Assembly (NCBI GenBank): GCA_002269645.1
Contig: NIVC01002870.1
Coordinates: forward strand, 62,001 to 126,000
From: Macrostomum lignano
Lineage: Eukaryota
Length of the DNA: 64,000 nucleotides
Direction of reading: 5' to 3'
Shown: piece after piece, positions 1 to 12,500 of the stretch
Layout of the letters: every line of letters begins with the position of its first letter
Position numbering within the stretch: the stretch's first letter is position 1
Program-made: the position numbers and the translations under genes
Notes under the pieces: model-generated
Told to the model about the DNA's origin: nothing
Database searches by the model: none
Seen by the model: only the letters and a program-made list of their open reading frames with translations

Positions 1-240
1 ATTAAGGGAATTCTAGAAAGGGATAAGGGGAATTCTAGAATGGGATTAGGGGAATTCTAGAAAGGGATAAGGGGAATTCTAGAAGGGGATTATAGAAATT
101 CTAGAAAGGGATAAGGGGAATTCTAGAAGGGGATTATAGAAATTCCAGAAGGGGATAAGGGGCGATTCTAAAAGTGGATTAGGGGTGATTCTAGAAGGGG
201 ATAACGGGCGATTCTAGAAGGGGATAACGGGCGATTCTAG
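1..240. repeat. ~22-bp minisatellite (ggggaattctagaaagggataa)
   Basis: Tandem copies read directly. Confidence 0.9.
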
Positions 241-548
241 AAGGGGATAAAGGACCGATTGCTAAGCTTCGATACTGGAAAAGGCTCCAGATTCCAGAAG
301 TAAATTTTGATCAGAGCTGAACATGCGTTGTAAACCAAGGCAAGCAAAATCATGCAAATCGGCAATGTATTTTTATATGTAGAAATATTTGCAGTACTTA
401 GCAGTACCAAAAACTGAGTAATGACAGCGAAATGCGGAAACTGGAGAAAGAAAAAAAACAACAGAAGAAAAATGCACTGTAATTAACCGGTATGAACAGA
501 TATTGGAAACAGGCTACTAAAAGTAGACAGTTAGACATGTGACACCCA

Positions 549-3500
549 TCAGCCAGACAGACCATCATCCCAGTCGGCTAAAAACTCGTCATCTTGAGCA
601 GCCAGTCCAGCCTCCTGCTGCCGGCCGCCCAGCCGTTCTTGAGCCTTCCTAGCCCGGACCCGACGTCGCAGAGCATCGACATCGGCTTGAGTGACGCAGC
701 GGAAGCGAATCGCCGTGGCCGTCTCCTGCCGGATGTCGAATGCCAGCAGGAACAGGCCGGCCATATTGGCCAGCTGCTGCTGCATCTCCAGCAGAGCCGC
801 TTGGCAGCGGGCCAGGGTGCCCGAGTCTCCGGAACGGCGGGCGGCATCGGCCTCGGCCGCTGTGAAGCCCAGCAGATCTGCGGGGGATGGAGCCAGCTGG
901 GAGATTTGAGAGGCTGAGCGCGACTCGAATCCCGGTCACAGTTCATCAATATTGAGCAAATTTTAGAAGCCCCGAATTCCGACTTGAATATGAGAGCCAT
1001 TCGCAAGAGGCGAGGGCGATCCTAGAAAGGGGATTATCATAATCCTCCATCTAGGAACCATGATCCCACACTTAGTAATCATAATCCCCCACCTAGGAAC
1101 CATGATCCCACACCTAGGAATCATAATCCCCCACCTAGGAACCATGATCCGACACCTATCAATCATGATCCCACCTCCCACACCTAGGAATCATGATCCC
1201 ACACATAGGAATCATAATGCCCTACCTAGGAACCATGATCCCACACCTAGGAATCATGATCTCTAGGATCTAGGACCTAGGATCTCTGGGAAAACGACGC
1301 CCTCGATATCAAAGTCGAGGCGATTCGAAACCCCAACGGCAGCGTCATTCTCGCCTTCCAGGACGAGGCCCAGCTTGAGCTCGCGCTGGCAAACCTTGTG
1401 TCCATCTCCTGGGACACCTGCGCGACCGCTCTCCCACCTATGGTCGTTGAGCGTGCCCGACCACCGCCGCCCTGCAGGCGCTACCGAGCCTTCTACTCTG
1501 GCTCGAGAAGCATCGAGGAGATCCGCGCCCGGCTCCTTAGTAAAAACCCCGACCTACCTCAGGACGGTATCCCGGCAAGCGCTCCCGGCAAGACCCTGTA
1601 TATGGGTTTCTCCGCGGAGTGGGAAGACGCCCTCAAGAAGGACGATTTTGCCGCCTACATCGGAGCGTCGAAGATCGTCTTCCACCTGCTGCCCAGGCGT
1701 CGTCCAGCCTGTATCCTTCAGGAGGCGCTAAAGCTGCAAAGTTTTGCTGATTCTCTCTCTAAATTACTTGTTGACTGTTTTACTACAGGTTACATTCCCA
1801 CAATCTGGAGAATGTCCAGAGTCGTGCTCATCCCGAAACCCGCCAAGGGTGACTACACCAACGTGAAATCCTTCCGGCCAATCAGCCTCACCTCCTTTTG
1901 TGCTAAGCTGATGGAGAGGCTCATCCTGTGGAGGCTTCGAGAGTGCGACCTGCGCTCCGACCCCGTCAGTAAGTACCAGTACGCCTTCCAGCTTGGGAAC
2001 GACTGAGCACGCTCTCCATGCCATTACCTCCAAGATCGAGAGTGCTATCCTTATCAAACAATTCGCTTGCGGGATGTTTGTTGACTTCGAAGGAGCCTTT
2101 GACAATGTTCTATTCCACTCCTTCAGAAACTCTCTTTCCCGCAGGAATGTGAGACAGCATTGTCCGCTGGATTTATTTTATGATCCGCAAAAGGTTTGCG
2201 ACATCTACGCTTATGGGCGTTACCTACACCCGGGCGGTGATGAAAGGCGGCCCCCGCAAGGTGGCGTGCTGACTCCACTTCTTTGGAATCTCGTCATGGA
2301 CGAGCTCCTAACCGCTGACATTCCCAGCAGTATCACCAGGGCGGGCTACGCCGATGACGTTGCCGCGGTCGTCAGCGGACCTGACCCCGCCACTCTGCGC
2401 AACCTGATGCAGAAATTCGCCGACAAGGTGGCCGACTGGGCTACGCAACATGGCCTAAATATCAGCGTCACGAAGACTGTCGCTGTCGTATTCACGAAGC
2501 GCCGTGCGTGGGAGATGAAAAACCTCACTGTCTATGGCAGAAACATCCCCTTCAAGAAGGAGGTCAAATACCTCGGTGTGACGCTAACGCATGACCTGCG
2601 CTGGACGAAGCACCTTGATAACGTCATCGGTCGGGCAAAAGGCTGTTTTGCCCAGCTGCGCAGAGCCATCGGGCCGACTTGGGGCCTCTCGCCAAGAACG
2701 GTCCGTTGGATTTATACCGGCATCATCCGGCCCAGCATCACATACGCAAGTCTCATCTGGACTAGCGTGCTGGAGCAGATAACCGCCCATCAGCGCCTGT
2801 ACCAGCTGCAGGGCAGCATTTGTCGCGCCATCACAGGTGCGTACCCGTCTACCCCTTACACTAGAAGGGGGCTGAACACTATCCTTAATCTTCCTCCGCT
2901 TCACCTATTTATTAGGGCGGAGGCTATGAAGTCCGCCTCCCAACTTATCAGTGATAAAACGTTAAATAACGTACCCTCTGGCTTTATGCCAATGAAAACC
3001 TTAATCTCGCATATGGATTTTGTCCGCCGCGACCTCAACAACATCCACATGGACCTGGACAATGTGGATAGTCGCCTCCCCGCTCTCAACATCAGGAGGG
3101 GCTTCCAGACCGCCATCCCTGGCCGAGACAGCATTCCGCTGGATGTCGGCGTGAACCGGCGCAGCCAGGGCATTCACTGCTTCACCGACGGCTCGCTGTT
3201 CAACGGCCGCGCTGGAGCGGGTATTGCCATTTTCCACGAGGGTAAGATGCTCTTCCAGGAAAGTCTGCACCTCGGTGAGAACACCTCGGTTTTCCAAGCT
3301 GAAATTTGCGCCATTGAGCAGTGCACCCAGCACCTGCTCCAGGCGAATATTAATAACTTCAATATTAACTTTTACACTGATAGCCAAGCCGCTATTAAGG
3401 GCTTAACCACTGAGAATATCTCCGCTGCTACAGTATATCAATGCCACCGCAGTGTGCAATCCCTCTCAGTCCTTAACAGGATTAGAATTATCTGGACACC

Positions 3501-4690
3501 CGGTCACAGCAACATCCTGGGCAAAGAGCTCGCGGACTCTCTCGCCAAGGAGGGCAGCAACCCAGACGGCAACCACCGTCTGATGAGGCTACCCACTCCC
3601 AGGTCGCAAGTCACCCGCCATATCAACAGGTGGCTCCATCAGCAGCACCAGCTCCACTGGAACAGCTGCACCGAGTACAGGCAGAGCCGCTCTGCCATGC
3701 CTAACCTGAACAGGAAAGTCTCTGATTATCTGATTTCGCTTAACAGAACCGACCTCAGGGAGGTGTGCATGGTCCTAACCGGCCATGGATTCTTCCAGAG
3801 ACATATCTCGTTGCAAACCGGTTGCCCTCCCACCTGTCCTTTCTGTGGCATAGGAGAGGAGACCGCGGAGCATCACGTCACTTTCTGCTCTTACTTCAAC
3901 AAGGCGCGGCACAAATACCTCGGCCACCCCCAGCGGATGGACGAGCTGACCACCCCGGACAATATCCGTGACCTTCGCGCCTTCGTCCGGGACTCCGGCC
4001 GGATAAGGGTCGCCGATGCCTCCTCCGTGAACCTGCCGACTACTGGCGGGGACTGGGCGCACCCCCAAGGTTAATCCTTGTGCTCTTTTACCTTGGGGGT
4101 TGCGATAGGGGCCTCGCGGCCTATTCGCGCCGCCCGCGCCCCCCGTCAGTAGTAAGTAAGTAGGAATCATGATCATACACCTAGGAATAATGATCCCACA
4201 CCTAGTAATAAAGATCCCACACCTATGATTCAAGATCCCACACCTATGAATCAAGATCCCACACCTAGGAATCGTGATCCCACAGTCAACGAGCAGCTAT
4301 TTATATCGCATTAAAAAGTAATTTCAAATCTCTTTACTACCTGTAAGCACTTGGTCCCCAAGATTGCAGCTGATAGTGCAGGTGGCATCGGCCAGCAGAC
4401 AGGGCAAGCTGTAGCCGCCGTCTCGAATCTCCAGGCGACCGCGCAGACCCATCAAGTAGCCGCGCACGGTGAACTCTCTCACCTGGGGACCGGACTCCTC
4501 CAGCCAGGTGTAAACGTCTTTCAGGTAAACGAATGGCTCTTTGCTAGTGGGGATGCCTGCGATGTCCCGGCCTTCTGGTTGGGCTGGTGAAAGAGACAGA
4601 TTGGACGTGAATTAATACAGAATGAAAGCTTTTAAAATACTCTGTCTCAAACAGACTATAGCCCATTAGATACCTCCCTCCCTCCCTCAC

Positions 4691-4736
<46 letters not shown>

Positions 4737-7700
4737 AATCACTCACTCACTCACTCACTCACTCACTCACTCACTCACTCACTCACTCACTCATTCTATC
4801 ACTCTAATTCTATCGCTCACTTATTCCATCAGTCACTCTATCACTCATTCAGTCACTTCATTCACAAATTATTCACCCACACTTTCAGTCATGTATTCAC
4901 TCACCTACTATCTCATTCATTCACCCATTCATTCATACACCGGCCCCTCGTTCATTCGTTCATTCACTCACTGCCTTATTCACGCACTCATTAACTCAGT
5001 GACACAATGAATCACGAACAGTCTCACCCGCATGCCGCTCCAGCTCCATCCTAGGCCGCTTAGTAGAGGGGAACAGCGGCTGCCGGTCAGCGGAGGCAGA
5101 CGTTGCAGCCCGGTTGGCTGACGAGGCGGCCGCCGAAGGAGCAACAGCGGCGGCTTCCAGCTCGTCGCAGTCGATGCCTTCGATAGCCTCGGCGAAGAGC
5201 AGATCGTCGGCATCGAGGACCTCTTGGACTGACATCTGGCGAGGTGGCTGGGGCTGCTGTTGATAGCTCTGCTGCCGTTGGAGACTCGTTCCGCTTGATG
5301 ACGGATTCATGCCTGACGCAGTCTGCCTGCGTTTTTTAGGATAGAGGCTGCGCAATCAGATAGAAGCTATTTGGGATTTGGGACTAATTGATGTATGGGG
5401 ATCTTTTTAGTGTTGATGGATTGGGGATTTTTCTAGTGTTGATGGATTGGGGATTTTGCTAGTGTTGATGGATTAGGGATTTTTCTAGTGTTGATGGATT
5501 AGGGATTTTTCTAGTGTTGATGGATTGGGGATTTTTCTAGTTGATGGATTGGGGATTTTTCTAGTGTTGATGGATGGGGATTTTTCTAGTGTTGATGGAT
5601 TGGGGATTTTTCTAGTGTTGATGGATTAGGAATTTTTCTAGTGTTGATAGACAAGGCAGTTACCTGGAAGACTGTTGCTGAGGCCGCTGCCGAGGCTGAG
5701 CACGCTGCGCCTGAGCACTATTCTCAGCAGCATCCTCATCGTCCTCAAAGGGATCGAATCCGCCCAGCAGGTCGCGCACATTGTTCCCACCAGCCAGTAG
5801 AGAATTTCCTCGGTTAGCCGCTGAGGTGTCCGGATAAGGGCGCGACCGGATGTTGCTGGCGCCGCGGTTATTCGCTGCCGAACTGGAAGCAGGTGGGATA
5901 GATTGGTTCCGGTTGGTTGCCATGGCATCTGGCTGGTTCCGGTAGGTTGCCATGGAATTCGGCTGGTTCCGGCTGGTTGCCATGGCATCCGGCTGGTTCC
6001 AGTTGGTTGACATGGAATTCGGCTGGTTCCGGCTGGTTGCCATGGCATCCGGCTGGTTCCGTTGCTGATACTGCTGCTGCTGATTCTCAACGGTCGCTGG
6101 GCGGTTATTTCCGGTGTCCAAGTCGGCAAACAGGCGGTTTGCTGCATCGGCTGCTGCTGCTGGCTGGCGCGGGCCTGCCTGAGAATTTGGAATATGCGGC
6201 TTGGTGCAGGAGTTCGCGGTACACTACTAACTATAGTAGGCTAGTTTGAATATCATTCTGGAGCAACAAACTCGGGAGCATCATCCCATAACCAGCGCTG
6301 AGGCAATTCTCTGCCCATTCCACAAACACGCCAATACTGTACGCTGGCACACACACGCCCACACAGGGTGTACAGCGGCTCCTGTGACTTTCTAATCGTC
6401 AGACATGTACACTCTCTGTGCCTTTGGGGGTGCCAAGTTACCTGGATGTCACTACCTATAATTAGCCCTACTCCAACCCTACCTGCTCCGAATCCGTGGG
6501 TTCGAATCCCAGCCGACGCAATGCCGCTAATAGCAGACTCTCCTGGCTTCGCTCGACAACCAACTCGTCAACTTGGCCGCCCAGCACTTCAACAGACTGC
6601 GGCGAGGTCAGCATCGCGATGCCCCGCCTGATCAGCAGCGGCGGCAGCAGTCGCAGCTTACAGCCGGGCGGCAAACCAACGCTGAGCTGCGGCATCGGGC
6701 GGCACTCGACAGCCCGCAGCTGGGCGCAGCCGTCTGTCAGGGTCAGCAGCAGCATGCGGCCGCCTTTCGGCTCGTCCCAGTTGCCGCCTGCGCCGCGGTC
6801 GCCGCCGCCGCCGCCACCTCCGAAGTTTCCTCCGTTTGTCTCGTTTGATGTAACCTGGGTGGGGGAGGGGGTTGGGTGAGCGAATTTGTTTTTGGTTTCT
6901 TGGAATCTTGTTTAGTGAAGTCTAAGAGTAAAAATTGGTCATAGACTACTGTAGCTAATTATGTAGAAATCGGTCATAGACTACTGTAGCTAATTGTGTA
7001 GAATTGCGGTTATAAACTACTGTAGCTGATTGTGTAGAATTGCGGTCATAAACTACTGTAGCTAATTATGTAGAAATCGGTCATAGACTACTGTAGCCAA
7101 CTGTGTAGAATTGCGGTCAGAAACTACTGTCGCTGTTTGTGTAGAATTGCGGTCATACTGTAGAGTGGATGTCTAGAATTGCGGTCATAGACTACTGTAG
7201 CTAATTGTGTAGAATTGCGGTCATGGACTACTGTAGCTGGCTGTGTAGAATTGCGGTCATAGACTACTGTAGATGTTTGTGTAGAATTGCGGTCATAGAC
7301 TACTGTAGATGTTTGTGTAGAATTGCGTTCATAAACTACTGTAGCTGTTTGTGTAGAATTGCGGTCATAGACTACTGTAGCTAATTGTGTAGAATTGCGG
7401 TCATGGACTACTGTAGCTGGCTGTGTAGAATTGCGGTCATAAACTACTGTAGCTGGTTGTGTACAATTGCGGTCATATAGACTACTGTAGCTGGTTGTGT
7501 AGAATTGCGGTCATAGACTACTGTAGCTGTTTGTGTAGAATTGCGGTCATAGACTACTGTAGCTGGTTGTGTAGAATTCGGTCATAGACTACTGTAGAGT
7601 GGATGTGTAGAATTGCGGTCATAGACTACTGTAGCTGGTTGTGTAGAATTGCGGTCATAGACTACTGTAGCTGTTTGTGTAGAATTGCGGTCATGGACTA

Positions 7701-8118
7701 AATTGGGTTTGTGGACCTTTATCATATATATTGATAAGCCTAATTGGTGTATAACTCTGTCACTACTCAAGTAACAGCTCACCTCCAAATTAGCATTCTC
7801 ATCACCCCTGCATTTTCGGTACTGACTGTACAGAGACTGGCTGACATCAATCACTGACTCCAGCTGCAGCACCAGCTTCCCAGTCAGCTGCAGTTTCTCT
7901 TCACTAGCCACTTGAGCTGGCAGGGAGGGGTTCTCAAACTCGCGCAAATCCGAGTGCAGGTATTGCTCATAGAGCAGGCTGCGCAGCTCATTAGGTGCAA
8001 ATTCCTCAGGCTGGCGGCCGTGCTCCTGACAGAGCCAGTCCTGACCAGCCTCCAGCCAGCCCTGTGGCACCGCCAGGGCCTGAGCTCTGAACCAGTCTGA
8101 CAGAGCTGAGTGGCTTGA
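549..8118 (-). CDS. RMI1: RecQ-mediated genome instability protein 1 (RMI1); 6 coding exons found (~704 aa), ATG exon not located
   Basis: Exons in transcript order: 8118-7783, 6854-6483, 6178-5664, 5347-5028, 4583-4341, 877-549. All internal junctions are GT-AG with consistent phases (0,0,2,1,1); total 2115 nt ending in TGA. N-terminal motifs [52 protein letters not shown] and [10 protein letters not shown]...[11 protein letters not shown] match the RMI1 N-terminal helical/OB1 region. PFVYLKD...[24 protein letters not shown]...[16 protein letters not shown] matches the C-terminal OB2. Confidence 0.93.
1022..1261. repeat. 21-bp minisatellite (cctaggaatcatgatcccaca), left part, split by the LINE
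   Basis: The same unit resumes at 4161-4285. Confidence 0.9.
1262..4160 (+). mobile_element. Non-LTR retrotransposon (LOA/R1-like, RT + RNase H), 5'-truncated, internally deleted, in the last RMI1 intron, antisense to the gene
   Basis: RT motifs [52 protein letters not shown] and YLGV. RNase H motifs [22 protein letters not shown] and ADSLA. C-terminal CPFC..ETAEH...C. Stop at 4074, GC-rich 3'UTR, (TAAG)n-type tail at 4150-4160. TAGGAATCATGATC flanks both sides (1248-1261, 4161-4174). Confidence 0.92.
1398..4074 (+). pseudogene. LINE ORF1 fragment fused to RT-RNaseH (pol), with three frameshifts
   Basis: ORF 1398-2006 (ORF1-like segment plus RT N-terminus) shifts into ORF 1993-4074 near 1995. 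Between ~2152 and ~2253 the RT-like text ([14 protein letters not shown]...RAVMKG) lies in another frame. Confidence 0.85.
4161..4285. repeat. 21-bp minisatellite, right part
   Basis: Same unit as 1022-1261. Confidence 0.9.
4672..4975. repeat. (CT)n / (CACT)n / (CATT)n compound microsatellite
   Basis: Read directly. Confidence 0.9.
5405..5650. repeat. ~26-bp intronic minisatellite (tttttctagtgttgatggattgggga)
   Basis: About 9 tandem copies. Confidence 0.9.
5917..6061 (-). repeat. 30-bp coding repeat within the RMI1 6178-5664 exon ([10 protein letters not shown] / NQPNSMxTxx)
   Basis: Five 10-aa units in the RMI1 reading frame. Confidence 0.85.
6937..7700. repeat. 35-bp intronic minisatellite (gtgtagaattgcggtcatagactactgtagct...)
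   Basis: About 21 tandem copies. Confidence 0.92.
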
Positions 8119-8663
8119 CTGGAAAAATAATTCATTAATAGAGATAGGCAGGGCTAGTCTTTGAGCCAGGGATTTTCAACTTTATAGCAATCTCTAGCCA
8201 GATAGTTATTGTAGTCATTTATGATTCTTAGATGAAAGATTTGTCTAATAGCTTATCTATAATTCCTTTATTTTATAATATATTTTTCTTATCTAAAATT
8301 TGATAGATGATGATTTAGGGAAATATACATTCCTTTGTCTATTTTAAATAGTCTATAGAAAATGTATACAGAAGAAAAAATTATCTGTAATAAAAACATT
8401 TTATTTTTATATAGACAGTTTGAATTTAGCCTAGAACTAGCAATCTACGCCCCCCGTTGGGGAGCCAAAGAAATGCAATCGCTACACGTTTTTTTAATAA
8501 GCTACATGTATCCTTGAAATCTTAAAAAATCTCCTGTCAAACCTTGTAAGCCTTGACATGTCAGTAATTCCCCACCACAAGCTTTAACATATCAACTCCC
8601 CCCCTTGACATCTCAGCAATGCCCCCAATAAGCCTTGGAAATCTAAAAATATCTGTCAACCTT

Positions 8664-8730
8664 CTAACCCTAACCCTAGCCTAACCCTAACCCTAACCCT
8701 AACCCTAACCCTAACCCTAACCTAACCCTA
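8664..8730 (-). repeat. Interstitial telomere-type (TTAGGG)n, ~11 units
   Basis: ctaaccctaaccctagcctaaccctaaccctaacc... on the plus strand; a degenerate copy lies at ~9120-9170. Confidence 0.9.
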
Positions 8731-9569
8731 AAGCATTGACATTTCAGTAATTCTCTCTAAGAGTCATTATAGCACTGCTACAGCATTATAGCGATTTCCT
8801 GCAAGCCTCGACATCGTAGGGATTCCCAAATGAATCTCTTAACTTCGACATGAAGCTTCTTTTATTTTTTACATTACGCTTTTTTTATCAGCGATCCCTC
8901 CCCTGAGGAGGCATCAAATAATGTAATAAAAAGTTTTCAATAAACTTTACATGATTGTTTACATGTAGCTTCTGACTTTAGCTTTGAAATCTCATTTATA
9001 CCCCCGTGAGCCTTGACATCTCAGCTATTCCCCCCGTAAGCCTTGACATGTCAGCGATGGCCTCCATAAACCTTGAAATCTGAAAAATCCCCCGTTAACC
9101 TTGAAACCCGATAAAATATAACCCTCAACCCACACCTGACCTAAACCTAACTTTAACCCAACCTAAAGCCTTGAATCTCAGCAATTCTTCTCCCCTAAGC
9201 CTTGACATTTTAGTGATTCCTTCTTTAAGAATCACAGCACTGTAACGATTCCCTCCAAGCTTTGACATCATAGCAATTCCCAAATGAATCTTTTAACTTC
9301 GACATGACTTTTCTTTTATGTATACATAGTGCTACTTTTATTTTTTACATGACTCTTCTTCTATCAGTGACCCCCCCCCGTGGCGAGCCAACAAAGAATG
9401 TAATAAAAAAATTGAGTAAAGTACATGAACTTTGAAGTAGCTTCTGACTTTTGCTTTGACATCTCAGCAACCCCCCCCCCGTAATCTCAGTTATTCTCTG
9501 AGAGCCTTAACGTCTCAGTTTTTCTCCCCAGCACAGAATTATAGCTGCATTTATTTTTACATGACACCC

Positions 9570-12500
9570 TTCATGTCTGACATGACGCTTCTTTTATTCT
9601 ACCATGATGCTTCTTAATTTTTTAAATGACACTTTCCTTAGTTTTTAAATGAGGCTTCTATGATTTTTTCATGACGCTTTTATGATTTTAACATGACGCT
9701 TCTATGACTTTTTTTACATGACGCTTCTATGATTTTTTCTTGACGCTTCTATGATTGTTTACATGACGCTTCTATGATTTTTTACATGACGCTTCTATGA
9801 TTGTTTACATGACGCTTCTCTGATTGTTTACATGACGCTTCTATGATTATTTTAAATAACGCTTTCTATGATTTTTAAATGACGCTTCTACGATTTTTTA
9901 CATGACGCTTCTATGATTGTTTACATGACGCTTCTATGATTTTTTACATGACGCTTCTATGATTTTTACATGACGCTTCTATGATTGTTTACATGACGCT
10001 TCTATGATTGTTTACATGACGCTTCTATGATTCATTACATGACGCTTCTATGATTTTTTACATGACGCTTCTATGATTGTTTACATGACGCTTCTATGAT
10101 TGTTTACATGACGCTTCTATGATTGTTTACATGACGCATCTATGATTTTTATATGACGCATCTATGATTTTTATATGACGCTTCTATGATTTTTACATGA
10201 CGCTTCTATGATTGTTTACATGACGCTTCTATGATTTTTTACATGGCGCTTCTATGATTGTTTACATGACGCTTCTATGATTGTTTCATGACGCTTCTAT
10301 GATTGTTTACATGACGCTTCTATGATTGTTTCATGACGCTTCTATGATTGTTTACATGACGCTTCTATGATTTTTATATGACGCTTCTATGATTGTTTAC
10401 ATGACCTTCTATGATTTTTTATATGACGCTTCTATCATTTTTACATAACGCTTCTATGATTTTTATATATCGCTTCTATGATTGTTTACATGATGCTTCT
10501 ATGATTTTTACATGGCGCTTCTATGATTGTTTACATGACGCTTCTATGATTGTTTACATGACGCTTCTAGGATTGTTTACATGACGCTTCTATGATTGTT
10601 TACATGACGCTTCTAGGATTGTTTACATAACGCTTCTAGGATTGTTTACATGACGCTTCTATGATTGTTTACATGACGCTTCTATGATTGTTTCATGACG
10701 CTTCTATGATTGTTTACATGACGCTTCAATGATTTTTTACATGACGCTTCTACGATTTTGGCAGGATGATTCTATGATTTTACATGACGCTTCTATGATT
10801 TTTACATGACGCTTCTATGATTTTTTACATGACGCTTCTACGATTTTGGCTGGACGATTCTACGATTTTACATGACGCTTCTATGATTTTTACATGACGC
10901 TTCTATGATTTTACATGACGCTTCTATGATTTTTACATGACGCTTCTACGATTTTTACATGACGCTTTTATGATTTTTTACATGACGCTTCTATGATTGT
11001 TTCATGACGCTTCTATGATTTTTACATGACGCTTCTATGATTGTTTACATTCTTCTATGCTTGTTTACATGACGCTTCTATGATTGTTTAAATGACGCTT
11101 GAATGATTGTTTACATGACGCTTTTATGATTTTTACATGGCGCTTCTATGATTGTTTACATGACGCTTCTATGATTGTTTACATGACGCTTCTATGATTG
11201 TTTACATGACGCGTCTATGATTGTTTACATGACGCTTTTATGATTTTTACATGACGTTTCTATGATTGTTTTATGACGCTTCTATGATTGTTTACATGAC
11301 GCTTCTATGATTTTTACATGACGCTTCTATGATTGTTTACATGGCGCTTCTATGATTGTTTACATGACGCTTCTATGATTGTTTCATGACGCTTCTATGA
11401 TTGTTTACATGACGCTTCTATGATTTTGACATGACGCTTCTATGATTGTTTACATGACGCTTCTATGATTTTTACATGACGCTTCTATGCTTGTTTACAT
11501 GACGCTTCTATGATTGTTTAAATGACGCTTGAATGATTGTTTACATGACGCTTCTATGATTGTTTACATTCTTCTATGCTTGTTTACATGACGCTTCTAT
11601 GATTGTTTAAATGACGCTTGAATGATTGTTTACATGACGCTTCTATGATTGTTTAAATGACGCTTGAATGATTGTTTACATGACGCTTCTAGGATTGTTT
11701 ACATGACGCTTCTATGATTGTTTACATGACGCTTCTAGGATTGTTTACATGACGCTTCTATGATTGTTTACATGACGCTTCTATGATTGTTTACATGACG
11801 CTTCTATGATTGTTTCATGACGCTTCTATGATTGTTTACATGACGCTTCAAGGATTTTTTACATGACGCTTCTACGATTTTGGCAGGACGATTCTATGAT
11901 TTTACATGACGCTTCTATGATTTTTACATGTCGCTTTTATGATTTTTACATGGCGCTTCTATGATTGTTTACATGACGCTTCTATGATTGTTTACATGAC
12001 GCTTCTATGATTTTTACATGACGCTTCTATGATTGTTTCATGACGCTTCTATGATTGTTTACATGACGCTTCTATGATTTTTACATGACGCTTCTATGAT
12101 TGTTTATATGACGCTTCTATGATTGTTTACATGACGCTTCTATGATTGTTTCATGACGCTTCTATGATTGTTTTATGACGCTTCTATGATTGTTTACATG
12201 ACGCTTCTATGATTTTGATATGACGCTTCTATGATTGTTTACATGACGCTTCTATGATTGTTTACATGACGCTTCTATGATTTTTACATGACGCTTCTAT
12301 GCTTGTTTACATGACGCTTCTATGATTGTTTAAATGACGCTTGAATGATTGTTTACATGACGCTTCTATGATTGTTTACATTCTTCTATGATTGTTTACA
12401 TGACGCTTCTATGATTGTTTAAATGACGCTTGAATGATTGTTTACATGACGCTTCTATGATTGTTTAAATGACGCTTGAATGATTGTTTACATGACGCTT

